Assembly (NCBI GenBank): GCA_050294405.1
Contig: JBNKOC010000004.1
Location: 64,001-128,000 of the forward strand
DNA: 64,000 bases
Source: Fibrobacteria bacterium
GTDB lineage: Bacteria; Fibrobacterota; Fibrobacteria; UBA11236; JADFYW01
Reading direction: 5' to 3'
In this document: one piece after another, positions 1-10,073 of the stretch
Layout: every line of letters starts with the position of its first letter
Position numbering within the stretch: position 1 is the stretch's first letter
Notes under the pieces: generated by a model
The model's input: only the letters and a program-made list of their open reading frames with translations
What the model was told of the DNA's origin: nothing
The model's database searches: none
Position numbers and translations under genes: made by a program

Positions 1-1
1 T

Positions 2-601
2 CGAGGATATAACCTGCAGAAAGCCAAAGACCTTTTAAAATCTGCAGGCCTTAGGGATTCTGACGGAGATGGCATTGTGGAATACAAAGGAAAGCCTGTT
101 AAACTCATTTTAAAAATTCCTTTATATAGCGGAAACGAAGGTGGCCTGTCAGTATGCTTGCGCTTTCAGAACCATTTGAAATCCATTGGAATAGATGTCA
201 AACTTGAGCACCGGGAAATTGTAAAATGGAAAGAAGAAGTTAAAGAAAATCACGATTTTGACATTGTGTTTGCCGAATGGCTATTCGACAACTCTTCCAA
301 TATTTATTCCCTATTCCATTCCAGTGAGAATGGGAAAACCGGTGATAACTTTATTTCTTACAAGAGCGCAAAAGTAGATAGCCTTTTGCAAGTATTCTCA
401 AACACTATTAATCAGGAAGTTCGCCGCAGAATCAACTATGAACTCCATAGAATTTTAAACGACGATCTGCCTTATACATTTTTGTGGACATTGGAAAAAA
501 ATGCCGCTATCGATCATAAGGTCAAAAAGTTTATTGTTCAACCCTACAGATTCTTTACCTTCGCAAACGAATGGTATATTCCTAAAAACGAGAGGGATTA
601 A
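2..601 (+). CDS. Peptide/nickel ABC transporter substrate-binding protein (OppA/DppA family), 3' part; runs off the window start
   Basis: The frame is open from base 2 (RGYNLQKAKDLLKSAGLRDSDGDGIVE..). It has the family-5 SBP C-terminal pattern (YSLFHS..NFISY..VD.LL..R..I..EL..IL.DDLPY.FL) and is followed by permease and ATPase genes. Confidence 0.9.
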   Translation, partial: RGYNLQKAKDLLKSAGLRDSDGDGIVEYKGKPVKLILKIPLYSGNEGGLSVCLRFQNHLKSIGIDVKLEHREIVKWKEEVKENHDFDIVFAEWLFDNSSNIYSLFHSSENGKTGDNFISYKSAKVDSLLQVFSNTINQEVRRRINYELHRILNDDLPYTFLWTLEKNAAIDHKVKKFIVQPYRFFTFANEWYIPKNERD

Positions 602-603
602 TT

Positions 604-1014
604 ATGAAAGGAATTCTAACCAGTGCCATCGCAATTACAGCAAGCGTGCTGTTTGTGGGCTGCGGCCCCAGTCTAAAAGGAATGGTGGTGCTTCCAGATG
701 GCTCAAAACTTAATGGTCTTAAGGTGGTGGTGTATACCCAACCCTGGACTGATTCCGTGCCCGCAAAAGACGATGGAAGTTTTTCAATAGGGAAAAATAT
801 AAACCCTGAAACAGAATACACCTTAATTGCGGAAGACAAAGACGGCAATATGGGTTTTGTTAAAAATTATAAGCCCTCTGAAAAAAAGAAAGATGAAAAA
901 ATCGTTATTAAACTTTCAAAAGAAATTGAAGCTAAAGAAGCTGTAATCGAAGGCGATTTATATATAAACCAGGACTCGGGGCCCGGGGAGAAAATCTTCA
1001 AGTCCTCCCAATGA
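604..1014 (+). CDS. Hypothetical lipoprotein, carboxypeptidase-regulatory-like/transthyretin-like beta fold suspected
   Basis: Signal peptide with lipobox LFVG-C. G.V....G..L.G..V pattern followed by DGSFSI. Starts 2 bp after the SBP stop. Confidence 0.7.
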   Translation: MKGILTSAIAITASVLFVGCGPSLKGMVVLPDGSKLNGLKVVVYTQPWTDSVPAKDDGSFSIGKNINPETEYTLIAEDKDGNMGFVKNYKPSEKKKDEKIVIKLSKEIEAKEAVIEGDLYINQDSGPGEKIFKSSQ

Positions 1015-1045
1015 TTCACATTTAAAATCAATTTAGACATGCTAT

Positions 1046-1077
1046 ATCCCGGAAGAGACTTTCCGGGATTTTATTTT
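1046..1077 (+). terminator. Rho-independent terminator or stabilising hairpin between the lipoprotein and permease genes
   Basis: ATCCCGGAA-gagact-TTCCGGGAT 9-bp stem followed by TTTATTTT. Confidence 0.75.
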
Positions 1078-1108
1078 AAAACGCTCCCCGTAAATTTATT
1101 TTGATGCC

Positions 1109-2038
1109 ATGATAAAAAACAAAGGCCTGCTCGTATTTATCTCACATAAACTGCTGCAATTGGTGCTTTCCATAATTGGTGCGAGCCTTCTCATATTTTT
1201 TATTGTTCAATTGACTCCTGGAAACATTGCAGAAATTCATAGTCTCAGCCAAAACACAGCCGGGCAATTCCACTTAAATGATCCTATTTTAGTTCAATAT
1301 TTCCATTGGTTCCTGGGGTGCTTAAAATTTGATTTCAGCGTTTCCCTTTTGGATGGAACTCCAGTTTCCAGCCTAGTAGCCGATTATGCAGGCACTTCCC
1401 TTATATTAACCATAGGTTCCTTGTTTATTACCATTAGCCTTGCTATTCCCCTATCAATTATTCTGGTCTTTAACGAAGACAGCAGGTGGACTAAATTATT
1501 AAGCACCGCAGTTTACAGCTTTTCTTCTATTCCCGTTTTCGTAGTTGGATATATCGCCTTGGCCATTGTATTCGGAGTTTTTGAATTTTACCCGCTTAAT
1601 GTTCCCAGTGGAGAATTTGCGCTTTGGCCCTGGATGGCTTATTATGTTATGCCTCTATTTGTATTAGCAATGGGAAATGGGACTCTGGGAGAATTCGTAA
1701 GGGTCATTTCGCTGGAAATAAAAACCGTGAATCAGTCTCTTTATATAAAAGCAGCCAGAAGTCGCGGAGCGTTTTTACTGCTCCATTTCATAAAGCCAGT
1801 TATTATCCCTTTCTTAAGTGTTATTATATCCAGGTTCGCCGTTTTAATTGGCGGCGTGATTGTAGTGGAACGAATTTTTAATAGACGCGGAATAGGATGG
1901 TTAACATGGGAAGCCACTTTAAACAGGGATTTCTATGTTATCATGTCCGTCACCCTGTTACTTTCAATTTTAATAAGGCTATTAATGTTTTTGCACGAAA
2001 TGTTAAGCTACACTTTGGACCCGAGGCTTAGAAAGTAA
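1109..2038 (+). CDS. Peptide ABC transporter permease (OppB/DppB family)
   Basis: N-terminal TM then PG, L.DP..VQY..W, EAA loop YIKAARSRG, GGVIVVERIF..GIG, RDF, and a C-terminal LDPR. Confidence 0.92.
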   Translation: MIKNKGLLVFISHKLLQLVLSIIGASLLIFFIVQLTPGNIAEIHSLSQNTAGQFHLNDPILVQYFHWFLGCLKFDFSVSLLDGTPVSSLVADYAGTSLILTIGSLFITISLAIPLSIILVFNEDSRWTKLLSTAVYSFSSIPVFVVGYIALAIVFGVFEFYPLNVPSGEFALWPWMAYYVMPLFVLAMGNGTLGEFVRVISLEIKTVNQSLYIKAARSRGAFLLLHFIKPVIIPFLSVIISRFAVLIGGVIVVERIFNRRGIGWLTWEATLNRDFYVIMSVTLLLSILIRLLMFLHEMLSYTLDPRLRK

Positions 2039-2039
2039 A

Positions 2040-3104
2040 ATGCGCATTTGGCAGTACTTAAAAGAACCGGGTTCTATTAGAATTCTGATTGGCTCTATTA
2101 ATGTCGGCCTGCTTTTAATATTTGCTTTTTTTGGTTCCTTTCTTAGCCCCTATCAGGCAAATGAAATGGATACCGAAGCGATTATGGCCCCTCCTTCTAT
2201 AAATTGGCTAAAGAGTTTTTTAGTCACAGATAAGGCGTTAAATAACTTAGGACTAAACAAACCTAAAGATGCCGGAGGAGGCGAAGACAATGGAGAATTG
2301 GATTACCTATCTGCAGAATCAAGTTCTGATGAAGAAAGCTTTTACGAAGATGACCTTTCCTTCTTAGAATCTGAAGAGGAAGATAAAGCCAAGGCGCAAA
2401 TTGAGGAAGGCAGCCAAAAAAAATCAATTCACTACTTTGGCACAGATAAAGATGGCAGAGATATATTGGCACTCTTAATTGCCGGGTCAAAAACATGCAT
2501 TATCCCTGGTCTGTTAGCATGCCTAATTTCTCTGGGGCTTGGAATTCCCATGGGGATCATGGGTGGATATTACGGGGGACTCTGGGCCGAAGCCGTAAAA
2601 ATGTACAACGGCATAATACTTTCATTTCCCCGCTTTGTTTTAATTCTAATTGTAATTTGCGCCTTGGAGCCAAATGTATATTACACCATGATTGTCTTAG
2701 GGCTTACCATTGCCCCTAGAATATCAGAATTAATGCGTACCCGCGTCGCTAGCCTTTCCCGCCAGGGTTTTATTTTAGCGGCAAAAGAAAGCGGTCTTTC
2801 TGATTTTAAAATAATGGTACGGCATCTTTTCTGGTACCAAAACCGAACCTTATTTTTTATACAAGCTTCGCTGGTGATGGCAGAGTCCATACTAATCGAA
2901 ACAACATTAAGCTACCTGCAATTTGGAACCAAGCCGCCTGATGTTTCCTGGGGCAATATTATTGAGGGAAGCCGCATGTCTTTTTTTAGCGAATACTACT
3001 GGATTACGTTTTTCCCTGCAGTGGCTATTGTCGTGTCTATTTTAGGTTTCTATTACCTGGGCGATGGCCTCAATGCAAGGCGGGAGTACCATGAGCAACG
3101 ATAA
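2040..3104 (+). CDS. Peptide ABC transporter permease (OppC/DppC family) with an acidic insertion
   Basis: PPS...HYFGTD..GRDI, EAA loop FILAAKESG, E.TLSYL.FG..PP..SWG..I, and C-terminal FYYLGDGL. Confidence 0.92.
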   Translation: MRIWQYLKEPGSIRILIGSINVGLLLIFAFFGSFLSPYQANEMDTEAIMAPPSINWLKSFLVTDKALNNLGLNKPKDAGGGEDNGELDYLSAESSSDEESFYEDDLSFLESEEEDKAKAQIEEGSQKKSIHYFGTDKDGRDILALLIAGSKTCIIPGLLACLISLGLGIPMGIMGGYYGGLWAEAVKMYNGIILSFPRFVLILIVICALEPNVYYTMIVLGLTIAPRISELMRTRVASLSRQGFILAAKESGLSDFKIMVRHLFWYQNRTLFFIQASLVMAESILIETTLSYLQFGTKPPDVSWGNIIEGSRMSFFSEYYWITFFPAVAIVVSILGFYYLGDGLNARREYHEQR

Positions 3105-3972
3105 ACAACCCTTGCTTGAAATATCGGATTTGCAGGTAAAATTTGGCCAGAGTGGGAACTATTTTACAGCCGTAGAAAAACTGAGCCTTAAAGTTTATGA
3201 GGGAGAAATAATTGGACTCATTGGAGAATCGGGAAGCGGAAAAACCACTTCTGCGCAGTCTGTTTTAGGACTCACATCGGGCTGGCCTGGAATCATATCT
3301 GGGAAGGCTCAATTTCTGGGAAGGAACATATTGCCCAATACCACTGATTATGTCCAGCATAAAGACAAAAAAATTAACAAACGCAAATCTTATTTGAGAG
3401 AGCATCGAAAACTACTTAAAAATATTTTAGGCAAGCAGGTGGCATCCATATTCCAGGAGCCAAAATCCGCTTTAAATCCATTTATGAGTATTGGCAGCCA
3501 TTTAAAAGAATGTATGTCACAAAAAGGTAAACATGGTCTGGAAGCCAAAAAAGAAGGTCTTAATCTTCTAACTAAAGTTGGCATTGTCGATTCCCACGAA
3601 GTTTGGAATTTATTTCCCCATCAATTGAGCGGAGGCATGGCCCAAAGAGTGATGATAGCTATGGCTCTTAGCAGCTCTCCAAAATTAATAATCGCCGATG
3701 AGCCCACAACTGCTTTGGATGTGACAACACAGGCAAAGCTTCTGGATTTGTTTTTGCGCCTAAAAACCCAAAACAATTTAAGTTTTATAATTATTTCCCA
3801 TGATATTGGCGTAATTCGTGAAATCACGGACCGGGTTTATGTTATGTACCAGGGAAACATCGTAGAATCAGGAAAGACTATTGATGTTATTTACGAACCC
3901 AAGCACGACTATACCAAACACTTGCTCAAATCTTTTTACCAGTTGTCCGACAGCAATTTAACTTCTATCTAG
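3091..3972 (+). CDS. Peptide ABC transporter ATP-binding protein (OppD/DppD family)
   Basis: Walker A GESGSGKT, IFQEP..ALNP, signature LSGGMAQR, Walker B IIADEPTTALD, H-loop ISHD. ATG at 3091 follows a GGGAG RBS. Confidence 0.93.
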   Translation: MSNDKQPLLEISDLQVKFGQSGNYFTAVEKLSLKVYEGEIIGLIGESGSGKTTSAQSVLGLTSGWPGIISGKAQFLGRNILPNTTDYVQHKDKKINKRKSYLREHRKLLKNILGKQVASIFQEPKSALNPFMSIGSHLKECMSQKGKHGLEAKKEGLNLLTKVGIVDSHEVWNLFPHQLSGGMAQRVMIAMALSSSPKLIIADEPTTALDVTTQAKLLDLFLRLKTQNNLSFIIISHDIGVIREITDRVYVMYQGNIVESGKTIDVIYEPKHDYTKHLLKSFYQLSDSNLTSI

Positions 3973-3983
3973 GATAAACACAA

Positions 3984-4967
3984 TTGGCACTGATTGAAGT
4001 CAAAAACATCAACAAACAGTTTCAGGTAAGCGGAAAATCATTTTATGCCGTTAAAAATGTGAGCTTTTCCATTGAAGAGGGGCAAACATTTGGTTTAGTG
4101 GGAGAAAGCGGATGCGGCAAATCCACAATAGCTCTTTCCGCCATGGCTTTGCAGAGCATTGATTCAGGTGAAATAATCATTGAAGGCAAAAATATTTTTC
4201 AATTGTCTAAGGAAGAATTGCGAAAAATGCGTCCTAGATTCCGCATGTTGTTCCAAAACCCCGAATCTGTTTTAAATCCTGGAATGACTTTTAAACAGGT
4301 TTTGCTGGAAGAATTGGAAAAACTTCCAGACTTAGACAAAAACGGAAGACTGAAATTAATTGGAGAAACCATTGAGCAAGTCGGCCTCAAAGAATTACAT
4401 CTGGAAAGATATCCCAGCGGGTTAAGCACAGGTGAAAAACAAAGAGCTGCCATTGCCAAAGCCATTATTACCAGGCCAAAGTTTTTATTATGCGATGAAC
4501 CTGTGGCTAGTTTGGATTTATCCTTAAAAACTGTCATTATTGATTTGCTCATGAAGCTTCAAAAAGAATTGAACCTCAGCTACTTATATATTTCCCATAA
4601 CCTGAGTTTAGTAAAAACTATTGCCCATAAAATTGGCGTAATGTATATGGGATATTTAGTAGAGGTGGCTCCGGCCTCTGAATTTGATGTTAAGCAATTG
4701 CGGCATCCTTATTCACGTTTACTATTAGCCTCGGTACCCAGCTTAAACCCCCAACAATATGCGCCCATTCTAAGAAAATACCCGGACATTGATCCTACCA
4801 GATTCCCCACTGGTTGCCCCTTTAGGAACAGGTGTCCACATTACCTGGAAAATAAGGAAGAAATTTGCGAGAAGGAATTTCCAAATTTAGAGGAAAGCAA
4901 ACCCGGCCATAAACTTGCCTGCCATTTTCCTTTGGAGCCTAAAAAGCAGTTTAATCCTTTACCATAA
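3984..4967 (+). CDS. Peptide ABC transporter ATP-binding protein (OppF/DppF family)
   Basis: GESGCGKS, LLCDEPVASLD, ISHN, and a C-terminal oligo-HPY region (HPYS..LL; PTGCPFRNRCP...C...LACH). TTG start. Confidence 0.93.
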   Translation: MALIEVKNINKQFQVSGKSFYAVKNVSFSIEEGQTFGLVGESGCGKSTIALSAMALQSIDSGEIIIEGKNIFQLSKEELRKMRPRFRMLFQNPESVLNPGMTFKQVLLEELEKLPDLDKNGRLKLIGETIEQVGLKELHLERYPSGLSTGEKQRAAIAKAIITRPKFLLCDEPVASLDLSLKTVIIDLLMKLQKELNLSYLYISHNLSLVKTIAHKIGVMYMGYLVEVAPASEFDVKQLRHPYSRLLLASVPSLNPQQYAPILRKYPDIDPTRFPTGCPFRNRCPHYLENKEEICEKEFPNLEESKPGHKLACHFPLEPKKQFNPLP

Positions 4968-5718
4968 TCTTGGAAACTTTCTGAAACAATTTGAAGTTTG
5001 TCGCCAGGGCGCTTCTATCCTTAATAAAATCCCCTCCCTGTAAGGAGCTAAACATACCACCTGCCTCGGGAATAATCACAGCCATAGGGGCTAAATCCCA
5101 AATTTCTGCAATGGAGTCCACCATAACTTCAGCTCGTCCGGAAGCTACCAGAAAATAACCATAGGCATCTCCCCATCCCCGGTGTAATTTGGCTTTGTTG
5201 CGTATAGTTTCCCATTGATGTTTGTACCCATGCCTTTCTAACGTAGTGATACTTGTATTGAGCACTGTTGCCTCTTCTATTTTACCAACATCAGATACCC
5301 GGCATGCTGTCCCATTAATATCGCAACCATGACCAATAGCCGCAGTCATCATTAAGTTTTGGGCAGGCAGGTTAATGAGGCCCAGCACTGGCTTTCCATT
5401 TTCCAATAAAGCAATCAGGGTTCCAAATAAGGGAACTCCATGTATAAAAGATTTAGTTCCATCAATAGGATCAATCACCCAGCAGCGTTTTTTTTCAAAT
5501 CCCGTGGTTCCGAACTCTTCCCCTACAATTCCATAATCAGGGGTTTCCCTATTTATTATTTCCCGAATTACTTCCTCGGCCTTTTTATCTGCAATAGTTA
5601 CCGGAGTATTATCGGGCTTCCATTCCACATTAAAATCGGATTGAAAGTGCTCCAATACCACTTTTTGGGAAGCTCGGGCCATTTCCTGGATTAATTTTAT
5701 TTCGCTATTGTACTCCAT
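4951..5718 (-). CDS. hisN: Inositol monophosphatase family, probable histidinol-phosphate phosphatase HisN
   Basis: K.D.TPVT.AD..AE, GEEFG, WVIDPIDGTKSF..GVPLFGTLIAL, WGDAYGY..VASG and WDLAP motifs match the HisN subfamily. Confidence 0.75.
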   Translation of the reverse strand: MEYNSEIKLIQEMARASQKVVLEHFQSDFNVEWKPDNTPVTIADKKAEEVIREIINRETPDYGIVGEEFGTTGFEKKRCWVIDPIDGTKSFIHGVPLFGTLIALLENGKPVLGLINLPAQNLMMTAAIGHGCDINGTACRVSDVGKIEEATVLNTSITTLERHGYKHQWETIRNKAKLHRGWGDAYGYFLVASGRAEVMVDSIAEIWDLAPMAVIIPEAGGMFSSLQGGDFIKDRSALATNFKLFQKVSKIMVKD

Positions 5719-5766
5719 AATTTTGGAAATATAGTTAATCTTTATTAAATCCATTTATTAGAAACC

Positions 5767-6525
5767 ATGAAAGTATTTGCCTTATCCGATCCCCACCTGG
5801 CCTTTACCACTCCAAATAAGTCTATGGACATTTTTGGAGAAATTTGGATAGATCATCCCACAAAAATAAAACAAAACTGGATTCGTCATGTGGGTAAGGA
5901 TGATATTGTTATTGTTCCCGGAGATATTAGCTGGGCTACTAAATTTGAGCAGGCCTTAGCAGATTTACATTGGCTTCACAACCTGCCGGGACAAAAAATT
6001 TTGCTTCGTGGAAATCACGATTTGTGGTGGCACAAATTAAAAGCCATGGAAGAAAAATTGCCATCCAGCTTACATTTGGTTCAAAACAACCATGTCCAGT
6101 TAGGCCCCTTTGTCTTTTTTGGTTCCCGTTTATGGGACACTGAGGAATATTCTTTTGATGACATTATTTTGTGGGATTCTAAAAAAGGAAATTTGCCCTA
6201 TAAAAAAAAAGGCGAAGACTTAATTAATCAGGAAAAAATATACCATCGCGAATTAGAACGGCTAAAACTTTCCATTAACAGCCTACCGAAAGATTCGGAA
6301 TTAATACGTATTGGCCTTTGCCATTACCCCCCTTTACATCACAACCTTACAGAGTCGAAGGCCGGGAAATTATTTGAAACCGCTGGGGCAAAACACGTTG
6401 TATTTGGACATTTGCATTCGGTAAAAGAGCCTAATGTATATGGCTTGGCACGGGGCACAGAATATCACCTGACCTCATGTGATTTTATAAATTTTGTTCC
6501 GAAGTTGATTTGCGAATCAGAGTAA
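5767..6525 (+). CDS. Calcineurin-like metallophosphoesterase
   Basis: DPH, GDISW, GNHD, HYPP and FGHLH motifs. Confidence 0.9.
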   Translation: MKVFALSDPHLAFTTPNKSMDIFGEIWIDHPTKIKQNWIRHVGKDDIVIVPGDISWATKFEQALADLHWLHNLPGQKILLRGNHDLWWHKLKAMEEKLPSSLHLVQNNHVQLGPFVFFGSRLWDTEEYSFDDIILWDSKKGNLPYKKKGEDLINQEKIYHRELERLKLSINSLPKDSELIRIGLCHYPPLHHNLTESKAGKLFETAGAKHVVFGHLHSVKEPNVYGLARGTEYHLTSCDFINFVPKLICESE

Positions 6526-6565
6526 ATTGGCGGCACTCATACCAGGCCGCCAATCCATATATCTA

Positions 6566-7882
6566 TTAATCAGTAGGATAACGTAAAAAGGCCGGGGTTT
6601 CATAATCCACATCCGGGTCATTTTCGCGGTATTTACCTTGAAGAGCGCCATGATGTAATAATGGGTTTTTTTGCGTTTCCGCCTCTTTTTTATTGTTGTT
6701 GTTATTTTCCTGAGGAAAGGGCATTTCCTTGGAAGTATCCTCTTTTGGAATATCCAATGCGAAATCATCTGATTTTTTGTCAGAAAGAAAATCAAATGGC
6801 TCGTTGTCCGAAGGAGGAAGAGGTTTTTCAATCCTTTGAATTGTTTTTGTTTCAATGCGTGAAACCGGTTCTCCAAAAGACTGTGCCGGATTGGAGAATG
6901 CAGGTCTGGATAATTTTTCCTGACCGAAGCCCGTAGCAATTACGGTGATAGTTAACTCATCGTTTGCGTTGGGGTTAATTACCGTTCCGAATATAATGTT
7001 AGCATTGTTTTCGTTGCCAACAGCTTCGTAAATAAAATTCATGGCATCATTAATTTCCATCATGCTCATGTCTTCGCCGCCGGAAATGTTAACTAAAACA
7101 CCAGTGGCACCGGAAATCGATACTTCTTCCAGCAATGGGGAATGAATAGCCTTATCCGCCGCATCCACAGCTCTGTTTTCACCAACTCCAGTGCCAGATC
7201 CCATTAAGGCATCGCCACCTTGGCTCATAATAGCCTTAACATCGGCAAAATCCACCTGAATATCTCCGTGTTTTAGAATAATATCGGAAATTCCACGTGT
7301 GGCTGATGTTAAAACTTCATCGGCAAGTTTAAAGGCTTCGCGAAAAGTTGTAGTTCTTTCAATGATGCTGAGGAGTTTTTGATTTGGAATTACAATTATA
7401 GTATCCACCACTTTGCGCAGGGCGTCCAAACCTGTTCTGCAATTTCTATCTCTAACAGGACCTTCAAATGTAAAGGGTTTGGTTACCACGCCAACGGTGA
7501 GTATGCCCATCTCCCTCGCAATTTCAGCCACAACAGGCGCTGCGCCAGTACCGGTTCCGCCACCCATTCCGGCTGTGATAAATACCATATCACATCCTTC
7601 TAAATGGGATCGAACTTTTTCCCTATCCTCTTCCATGGCTTCCATACCGATTCTGGGGTTGGCTCCTGCCCCCAGGCCACCAGTTATTTTTTCCCCAATT
7701 TGAATACGCACATGTGCCATATTATTATCAAGCGCCATGGCATCGGTATTGATGGAAACAAACTCTACCCCTTCAAAACCTGATTGAACCATCCGGTTCA
7801 CAGCATTGCCTCCGGCGCCGCCCACACCGATTACCTTCATTTTGGCAACGGTATTAAATGTATCATCTATGGCAAATTGCAT
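6566..7882 (-). CDS. ftsZ: Cell division protein FtsZ
   Basis: GVGGAGGNAVNRM, tubulin signature GMGGGTGTG, VDFADV, C-terminal core ETPAFLR, and an AGGAGGAG RBS. Confidence 0.99.
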   Translation of the reverse strand: MQFAIDDTFNTVAKMKVIGVGGAGGNAVNRMVQSGFEGVEFVSINTDAMALDNNMAHVRIQIGEKITGGLGAGANPRIGMEAMEEDREKVRSHLEGCDMVFITAGMGGGTGTGAAPVVAEIAREMGILTVGVVTKPFTFEGPVRDRNCRTGLDALRKVVDTIIVIPNQKLLSIIERTTTFREAFKLADEVLTSATRGISDIILKHGDIQVDFADVKAIMSQGGDALMGSGTGVGENRAVDAADKAIHSPLLEEVSISGATGVLVNISGGEDMSMMEINDAMNFIYEAVGNENNANIIFGTVINPNANDELTITVIATGFGQEKLSRPAFSNPAQSFGEPVSRIETKTIQRIEKPLPPSDNEPFDFLSDKKSDDFALDIPKEDTSKEMPFPQENNNNNKKEAETQKNPLLHHGALQGKYRENDPDVDYETPAFLRYPTD

Positions 7883-7974
7883 AAACTCCTCCTGTTACTG
7901 ATAAACTAAACATATTCTCAACCTGATGTTAATATTTTTTCACTTTTTTTAATTTTTTTTATTGAATTAAATTT

Positions 7975-9213
7975 CTATACATACTGTTTCACCCAATTGG
8001 ACATTTTCCGGATAATCTCCTTAAACTTGTCTGGTCCTTCTTTATAGGCTTTGGGGGCTTGAGTTACATCTTTTTCCCTTAAGCTGCCATATTGAATAAG
8101 TCCAACACCGGTGGCATGTATGGGAGTGGAAGCGCAATCGACCAACCCGCCAAAGAATTTGGGAACACCAATTTTTACTGGCATATCAAAAACCTGTTCA
8201 GCCAATTCCGCTGCACCATGCATTAAGCTTCCTCCTCCAGTAAGCACAATACCTGCGCCCAGAGTATCGATAAGGTTATTCTTTTTCAACTCCCTTAATA
8301 CCATGGAAAAAATCTCGTGCATTCGAGGCTCAATGATAGAGGCCAACACGGCCCTGGACACTTCCCTCTGCTCACGTCCACCTACTCCAGGCACCACGAT
8401 GTATTCCGATTTGCCAAAGCCATTGCGAAGGCAAGTGCCGTAGCTTTTTTTAATTTCTTCAGCCCTCTCCAATGGAGTGCGAATTCCTATTGCCACATCA
8501 CTGGTAACATTTTTGCCCCCCAGACCGATGGAGGCGGTATGGCGAATACTATCCTCAATAAAAACAGCCAAATCTGTGGTTCCTCCGCCCATGTCCACAA
8601 CAGCTACACCCAATTCCTTTTCGTCGTCTTCCAAGGTGGAATAGGCTGAAGCCAGGGGTTCCAAAACAATATCGGCCACTTTTAACCCCGCTTTTTCCAC
8701 GCTTTTATAAATATTCTGGGCAGATGTAACGGCCCCGGTAACAATATGCACATCGGCTTCCAATCTCACCGCAGACATTCCCACAGGATCTTTAATCCCC
8801 GCTTGGTCGTCCACGATAAATTCCTGGGGAATTACGTGTAACATTTCCCGGTCCATAGGAATAGCAACGGCTCTTGCCGCTTCAATGACTCTCGCCACGT
8901 CCTGTTCGGTAATTTCATTATCTGTTCGGTATACCGCAATTACCCCTCGGGAGTTTATGGAGCGTATGTGATCCCCGGCAATGCCAACATAAACTTCATC
9001 CACATCCACACCGGCCATTAGTTGCGCCTCATCTATGGCTCGCCGAATGGAACGGACGGTTTTATCAATATTAACCACCACTCCTTTTCGCAGCCCTTCA
9101 CTTGGACTTGTGCCTACGCCCAATATTTTCAATTGACCGTTTTCATCATTTTCCCCTATCAAAACACCAATCTTGGTGGTTCCTATGTCCAGCCCCATTA
9201 CCGGTCTGCTCAT
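7975..9213 (-). CDS. ftsA: Cell division protein FtsA
   Basis: LDIGTTK, DMGGGTTD, VLTGGGS and an amphipathic C-terminal helix; lies directly upstream of ftsZ. Confidence 0.98.
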   Translation of the reverse strand: MSRPVMGLDIGTTKIGVLIGENDENGQLKILGVGTSPSEGLRKGVVVNIDKTVRSIRRAIDEAQLMAGVDVDEVYVGIAGDHIRSINSRGVIAVYRTDNEITEQDVARVIEAARAVAIPMDREMLHVIPQEFIVDDQAGIKDPVGMSAVRLEADVHIVTGAVTSAQNIYKSVEKAGLKVADIVLEPLASAYSTLEDDEKELGVAVVDMGGGTTDLAVFIEDSIRHTASIGLGGKNVTSDVAIGIRTPLERAEEIKKSYGTCLRNGFGKSEYIVVPGVGGREQREVSRAVLASIIEPRMHEIFSMVLRELKKNNLIDTLGAGIVLTGGGSLMHGAAELAEQVFDMPVKIGVPKFFGGLVDCASTPIHATGVGLIQYGSLREKDVTQAPKAYKEGPDKFKEIIRKMSNWVKQYV

Positions 9214-9227
9214 ACCATTCCTCCTTA

Positions 9228-10073
9228 TTAACTAACGTATGCAAATGATTCCACCCTTAAATCGATGGTGTGGTCATTTGAAAAATCATCCTTATATTGA
9301 GTCAGCAAACTTTGCCACATCACTAATGTTTTCTTTGCTTCTATTTCCATTGAAACTAAAAAGCGGTAGTTGTTTTCGCGACTATAAAATGCAAGTTCTC
9401 GCGAATTTATGGTTTTAACCTGTGAAATTGTATTAAAAATATGGGGAAACTCCTGTTTACATATCATTAACAACTGGGAAATCCCCTTTAACTCTGCCAC
9501 ATCCAGGCTGTCTTTAACCTCCAAAATGGGCAAATCAAAGTTTCTGATATTCACATTTGGCAATAATTCGCCAGTTTCACTTAACCCATTCCAGTCTTTT
9601 TCCTGGTTATTGGACATGTTATAAACAAGGGCTATGGGCTCATGTTCATTTATAACCACTTTTAGTTTGCTGGGTATCTGTCGCCTTAGTTTTACGCTTT
9701 TAATCCAGGGATTCTCCAATAGTCGTTTTTCCAAGTCAGATTTTTTAAAATCCCACATTTTCAATCCCATTTCCAAATCAAGCATATCAATTATTTCTTC
9801 ATTGGAAAATTGGCTGCTGCCTTCACAAAGCACATCTTTTAGCACCAGGACATCATTTGTCTTATAATATTTGTAACTTCCGGCCAAAGCCATAACAAGA
9901 GTTCCGGCCACCAATAATAACATGGCAATATATTTAATACCCACAACGCTGTTTTTAGCCACCTTTTTGGCCAATTGTTTACGGCGCTTTTGCCTATTTG
10001 GCCCCTGGCGTTTCAATTTTATTTTTTTTGTAGAGGAGCCCCGGTATCCCTGGCGGCTGGAATAATCACGCAT
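9228..10073 (-). CDS. ftsQ: Cell division protein FtsQ/DivIB
   Basis: Basic cytoplasmic N-terminus, one TM, POTRA region (L..NPWIKSV..RR..P..L.V.I.EH.P.A) and C-terminal IDLR; located between murC and ftsA. Confidence 0.88.
   Translation of the reverse strand: MRDYSSRQGYRGSSTKKIKLKRQGPNRQKRRKQLAKKVAKNSVVGIKYIAMLLLVAGTLVMALAGSYKYYKTNDVLVLKDVLCEGSSQFSNEEIIDMLDLEMGLKMWDFKKSDLEKRLLENPWIKSVKLRRQIPSKLKVVINEHEPIALVYNMSNNQEKDWNGLSETGELLPNVNIRNFDLPILEVKDSLDVAELKGISQLLMICKQEFPHIFNTISQVKTINSRELAFYSRENNYRFLVSMEIEAKKTLVMWQSLLTQYKDDFSNDHTIDLRVESFAYVS

Noticed and set aside
6517..6939. 140-aa minus-strand ORF and other short ORFs nested in or antisense to long genes
   Set aside because: They are alternative frames of well-supported genes, with no RBS or recognisable motifs.
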